This document shows positions 58,784 through 64,000 of a stretch of 64,000 nucleotides of DNA, one piece after another. The position numbers were made by a program, and so were the translations under genes. Origin of the DNA: Klebsormidium nitens (lineage: Eukaryota > Plantae > Klebsormidiophyceae); NCBI GenBank assembly GCA_000708835.1, contig DF237329.1, positions 1-64,000 on the forward strand. Direction: 5' to 3'. Positions within the stretch are counted from its first letter, which is position 1; each line of letters begins with the position of its first letter. The notes below the pieces were generated by a model that was given only the letters and a program-made list of their open reading frames with translations, searched no databases and was not told the DNA's origin.

Positions 58784-60380
58784 CTTCTTATCTGCAAAAC
58801 GAGATTTGGAATGTTAGACACAGCTAAAGATATACTGTTCAATCAATGATCAGGAATGGAAAAAGACCCAGATACAGATCATCCGGGCCAAGCAAAGCCA
58901 GAAAGAAACTCATAGTTTGATCGTTTGGCCGTTGGAAGTCTGAATGCACGAATATCTGGGAAAACGAGTGCCCACGAGATTTTAGCTTGTGCAGTCGGCA
59001 AATCCATTGTCCGTGAGTTCCTTTTTGAGAATTCTTTACCAACTTCTTCAAACAAAGCTGGGCTGTCTGTGCTTCGAAGCAATGTTATTGACCTAAATTG
59101 CTTAAAACTCCTGTCAACAAGCTTACGCTATTTGTATATCTCTTGTTGCAGGTAAAAAGCTGATAGAAAATCAGACACGAATTAGCCGTCTTTGAATCTT
59201 TCGTGCTTCCAAGCATGCCTTCTTATTGCTTTTCTATCATCCTGGCAGAAAGTGAGGGGTTCAGAAGCTGTATACGGTCATAATATGTACATATTGCTGC
59301 AGTCCGACTCTGCTTTGGTAGAAAAGTGGCACCAAAAGCCTCCAAGACAATCACGAAGCCTAGACACTGCAACTGACTTCCACTTGATTCCGAAACTGTG
59401 GCTTTACATGAGAGTTGACATCAAGTATGTTCTAAAGGCAATCTTAGAACTCTTGACATGTCAGCTTCAACGACAAATGGATTTCAGTGATCAAGCTCCA
59501 AAAAAGAGAAAGAGGGAACTCTAAGCTTGTGCTCACGAGATGAAGGATACCTCGATGCTCGTTTTAATCTGCCTGATTACAACCAGCTCAAGGGTCATCT
59601 AGACTCAGCGCTCTGCTCTCATTATCGCACCTGATCCATTGATGAAGGGAAGCCTGGTATCAAACTTCAGCTCTTTTACGGCGCACGCAGCGCGTAGATT
59701 GCTCTATTTATGCTTCAAGTAATTATATATAAAGATCCGAGCTTAGGGATCGAATTTGCGTTTATGCTTTCCTCTGGCAACCTGTATGAATCGAAAAGTT
59801 CTTTCCCGCCACCTTCGAATGTGCTTGTCTGATCAGCATCAGAAATGGCACTGCTCCGCTTGAAAAGGCATAAAAAGGCGCCGGCGCTACCTAAGTTTCA
59901 AATGTGCTACTGCTGATCATGCACGAAGCCTATTGGCTTGGCGAAGCATCGTCACATGGGGCAAAAAAGATCGACGCGACATAAGCGGTGGTCCACTGCA
60001 GATCTGGAACCGACGAGTATAATTACGGCGTCGGATTCTAACCAGACCAAGAAGCAGGACGACATTCTTCGATGGAAATGTAATCACGCCTTGCTTGATC
60101 GTTGGAAAGACGTTCGAGACTTTACGGCACTACTCCACACCAACAATGCAGCGAAGTCCTGCAAGGAAGACTGATTCCAAGAGCAAGCTGTCGAGACAAT
60201 AAGGACAACTAGGACTCTGCTATTAGGAGGAGAAGTTAGCGCTCTTGATACTTGCCGAAGAAGGGTCGTTCTAGAGAGACTGACGACTCCTCGAAGGGAG
60301 GCGCTGTTCTTGGTTGTCAAGAAGATGCCTTTCGTTTGAAATGCCAGGAAGAGCACTAAAGAGCAATTAAGGTCTCCTGT

Positions 60381-63300
60381 ATGTTGATGATGGAGAGCAT
60401 GCAGATTAGGCCCTTTTCAGAATCAGGCTACCAGATGGCGGCAGCTTCGGAGGATGTTTCCGCTGTTTCGTTCGAGCATGTCCAAGGCCTGGTACCGCTG
60501 ACTGAAAGGTCAGCAGCAGAGCTGCTGGCTGGTTCCGCGGTGCAGACAGGCTTGAGCCGCCATGTCTTTGGAAGCATCGCTGTGATCATGGAAACCTTCA
60601 AGATCTTCGAGAGCGAGCAAGAGCTACGAAGACACCCAGATGTGCAGGGGGAGTGGCTCCTGAGGATTGCAGAGCTGATGCATGTCATCAGGCATCAGCT
60701 GTTTGAGGTCAAATTTGCGCTGGGACAGAATGAGAGAAAGCTTCGTCCCCTTGCTGAAGAGCTGGATCGATTCAACAGAGATTGCTTGACACGGGCTCGG
60801 AACATCCTGTCTCCTGCAAGCTACGAGTCCCTGTTTCAATCGCGCCATACATTCCCTTCGCCAGAAGAACAGTCCCAAAGAAACCTGCAGCTGAGAGAAA
60901 AGGTCGCACTCCTGGTTTCGGAGGGGGACTCTGCTTCTGGAAGTGGCTCAAGGCAAGGTTCGAGTGAGACTGAAATCAGGAAGCTTCGCAAGAGGGTGAA
61001 GGAGCTTGAGGAACAGCTCCGCGTATCAGAGGAAAGGAGAACAGCGGAGCTCAGGGAATCAGAAGAATCCAGAAGATCTGTCTCAGAAGAGAATGTTGAG
61101 TTGCAGCGGGTGAGACGTTCTTTATCTGCTTATAGAGTTGATCCCAATTGGCAATCTCTGGCCCTTTTGACTCTTCCAAAAGAGTGCCGAACAATCTGAT
61201 CAAAGTTTCCTGTTTTTCTGCTGGGACTCTTCTCATTCTCAGAAGAACATACCTGCTAAAATACCATAAGGCGTTGCAAACGGTTTCTGGCAGCTTCAAG
61301 TCTGGTCACTAGTTTACTGGTCAGAAAAGCTTTATTCCTGGATATCTCCGAATTGTGAGGGAATTTGTCTCGAGAGCCACGAAGCGTTGCTGTGCATTCA
61401 TTGTGAACCTTCGTTTGTTTGCATCAGAACATCATGCTGCTTCTAAGGTCCGGAATAACTTATTGTAGATTCTACTTTCTCATATCATGCAAACCAGGTT
61501 TGAGTTGAAGGAAAACCCTAGACAGAGGTTGTCTTTTGTATTTTTTGGTTTCATTGAATTTCAAAATTCAACTCACCCTAAGGGCCCTCGTTTTTCAACT
61601 TCACACATGCCGATCTTATCAGGGAGTCCCTACTCTTGAGTTGCGATGCCGATGGCAGGCATTCCTTAGCGGTTTGAACCTACTATTCGCAGACTGATCT
61701 ACCATCTGAAAATCATCTAGAAAAAATAGAGCCACATTCTAGGGTGCATTTGACGAAAGCTGAGCGCACGGAACTGGATTGCTTTGCCGAGTACAGATTC
61801 TTCAAACCAGTCAGATGTCCCTAATTTCAAATGCACCCTCTGTTAGAAACCTTGCTTCAGTTGTGACAAGAAAAGTACCACAGAACAACCATTGTTGCTC
61901 AACGCTGAAACAGGTCCTACTCCTGCATTTTGCAGACCTTGATAAAACTAGCAAATGAAACATTTGAAAAGAAAACGAAACTCCTGCACGTCTTTCAAAG
62001 CTGGTCTTCAGATATGCAAAGAGTCCCCTCTTGGCCTATCAATCTTCGCTTCTTTCTGAAATTCGATCGATTTGCAGAGGATTCAGCAACTTCAGGCCGC
62101 GGTGAATAGCTTCGAGTACAAGTCGAGCAACATGGAGAGCGTCGTCCTCGACCTGGAAGCGCGCAACCGGAAGCTTGCTGAAGAAGCCAGGGAGTCCCGC
62201 CGTGGCGGCCGTAGATCGCGCGCCAAGAAGACCGCCGAAGAGCCGTCCGCGGATCAGCCGCTCTCGCAACCGGGGTCCGCCGCTTCTACCCCTGGACACA
62301 GCGCAACCCGAGCTTCATTTGAGCTCCCGGGAGAGGCCAACCGGGCAGAAGAAAGTTTCTCAACTGACTTCACAAGACGGGGGTCTGCACGAGAGCCCTA
62401 CGACGTCCGCAACCTACAGATCGAGGGAAACAGAGGCTCTCGTCGGTCGGGCGCGCCGGAAGCAGATACTCGCGGGGATGGTGACGTCAGCAAAAACCGG
62501 GAGGCAGCCCCCGAGCCACGAGCGACCAACCGGCCCCCGTCCTTTGATCAGTCCTACAAGAAAACTGCACGGAACCAGAAGAGCCCGGCGGCGGGAAGCG
62601 TGGCGCTTGGACCGGTGGGGACTCCTTTCGGCACACCTGCAGGGGGTTCGCAGATGAGAACGCCTTTGGACGCGGTTCCAAACGGTTCGGATCGGTACCC
62701 ACCCAAGCTTGAACTGGAGCCCGAGTCAGAAGAGCCGGTGCATTTCGGGGGCCACGAACCGCGGAACGAGGCCGACACGTGGCACGACGACAATCCGCAA
62801 GGGGTGCACGAGAGAAGCCCACCAAAAGCAGCTTCATGGCAGCGGGGTCTGATCCAGTCGATCGTGAAGAGGACCCTTCCAAAAGAGCAGGTCAGCAGGA
62901 TGAGAAAACGGAGTGAGGCTTGTTGCCTCTTTTTGATGAGCAAGTTCAGCGGACATTTAGAATTGCTCAAGCGGGAATCTTTCACAAGTCAGCCTCCTTT
63001 GGGTTTTTCTCTCAAAAGTCTCTATCATGAAAGACACGACTCGCTACGTTTTTCATTGAAGTAATATTTTTTTTTCTATATTACACACTTCAGTGTTGAG
63101 GAGGTCTTTCAGATGTTGAGAATTGCGATGAATCCATGCAAGACAGCATTATCATTCTGTTACTCACATTTCTAGACTCCTGCTTTTCTAAGAGTAGGAT
63201 ATCCACTGTCAACAGTGGATATCCCTACAAGGGCGCAATTCAAAAGTCTTTCTTCGAACGCAGATAGCCCAAAGGCCGATCCGGCACTTTAGTAAACTCG

Positions 63301-64000
63301 GATTTGCAGATTGTGCAGGTCATGCAAGCTCCCCGTGACGACAGAGTCCCCGTAGTTTCTGACGGCCGCGGACGCGGGCGTGAGGCCGCAGAAACCGCCT
63401 TCCCCAATCCCAGCGAGCCCGGACCGCGAAAGCCGCGCGAAAGAAGAGAGCCGGACTCCGTATCTCGCAGCCGGGCGGAACCCCCGCGCTCGGTGTTCTT
63501 GAGCAGAGACGATGAGACTTCCGTCTTGCCAGCAGCTTCGGAAAGCGGGGTTTCTCGCCCCCGCAGAGGAGCAGCGCCCGAAGAGATCACCTTCAGTTCC
63601 TTCATTTACGGCGTGTCTGGCGGCTGGGAAGACCAAATACTAGAGAGCCGGCTCGAAGACGCGGTGTCGGCTGCCGTCAGCGGCTTCGACGCCTTCCCCA
63701 GCACTACTTTCAGTCGTTTCAGGGGGCGCGCAAATGTGAACAGGCTCAAGGGGAATCCCCGGCCGACCTTCGCCTTCTGCGACTTTGCGTCCAACCTTGC
63801 GAAGGAGTGCTTCGACGACGGGACCTCGCGGGGCCGCCTGGTTCTGAAACTGGAAGGATGGACGCTCCCCGTTCAAAAGCCGCGAACGCAGGACATGGAG
63901 AGCGTTTCCTACTGGGAGCGGCGCGCGCTGGACGATCTCTGGGCGCGCGCGCGCGGTGCAACCCCCGCCAAGACTCTGTACGCGCGCTTCCTGGGCGAGG
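60381..64000 (+). CDS. Putative multi-exon gene: helical/coiled-coil N-terminus, long disordered region, RRM-like domain; truncated by window end
   Basis: Coding blocks 60381-61109 (donor cgg|gtgaga), 62078-62890 (cag|AGG...CAG|gtcagc) and 63310->64000 (open frame not in the ORF track) are all phase 0 and join in frame. The last block contains SFIYGVSGG and PTFAFCDF (RNP2/RNP1-like). Linkage of block 1 to block 2 is inferred; small exons may be missed. Confidence 0.55.

Noticed and set aside
62175-62985. Several 130-160 aa alternative-frame or antisense ORFs
   Set aside because: Shadows of the GC-rich exon 62078-62890.
63194-63228. 13-bp perfect hairpin (ggatatccactgt/acagtggatatcc)
   Set aside because: Isolated short intronic palindrome with no supporting context. 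A similar short hairpin at 30000-30030 is also unassigned.

Overview
Eukaryotic, intron-rich nuclear DNA with GC3-rich exons. The gene set and style suggest a streptophyte green alga of the Klebsormidium type (inference, no search run). I reconstructed exon chains by hand for: a secreted papain-family (C1A) protease with an EGF-like module and an unrecognised C-terminal domain (+, 7 exons); a cytosolic-type alpha-glucan phosphorylase (-, 16 exons); a GH51 alpha-L-arabinofuranosidase (+, 14 exons); an intronless F-box + W-type LRR gene with a disabled tandem paralog (-); a small putative tail-anchored protein (+); an ENO3/ENOc-like enolase homolog lacking key active-site residues (-, 10 exons); RPL7/uL30 (+, 5 exons) hosting a U18-type box C/D snoRNA; two paralogous small MYND-finger genes (-); and a coiled-coil/RRM-like gene running off the right end. 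Non-coding highlights are pervasive decayed copies of exon boundaries in neighbouring introns ('exon echoes'), two GC-AG introns, and two MITE-like elements with apparent target-site duplications. All splice models are manual and lack transcript support.
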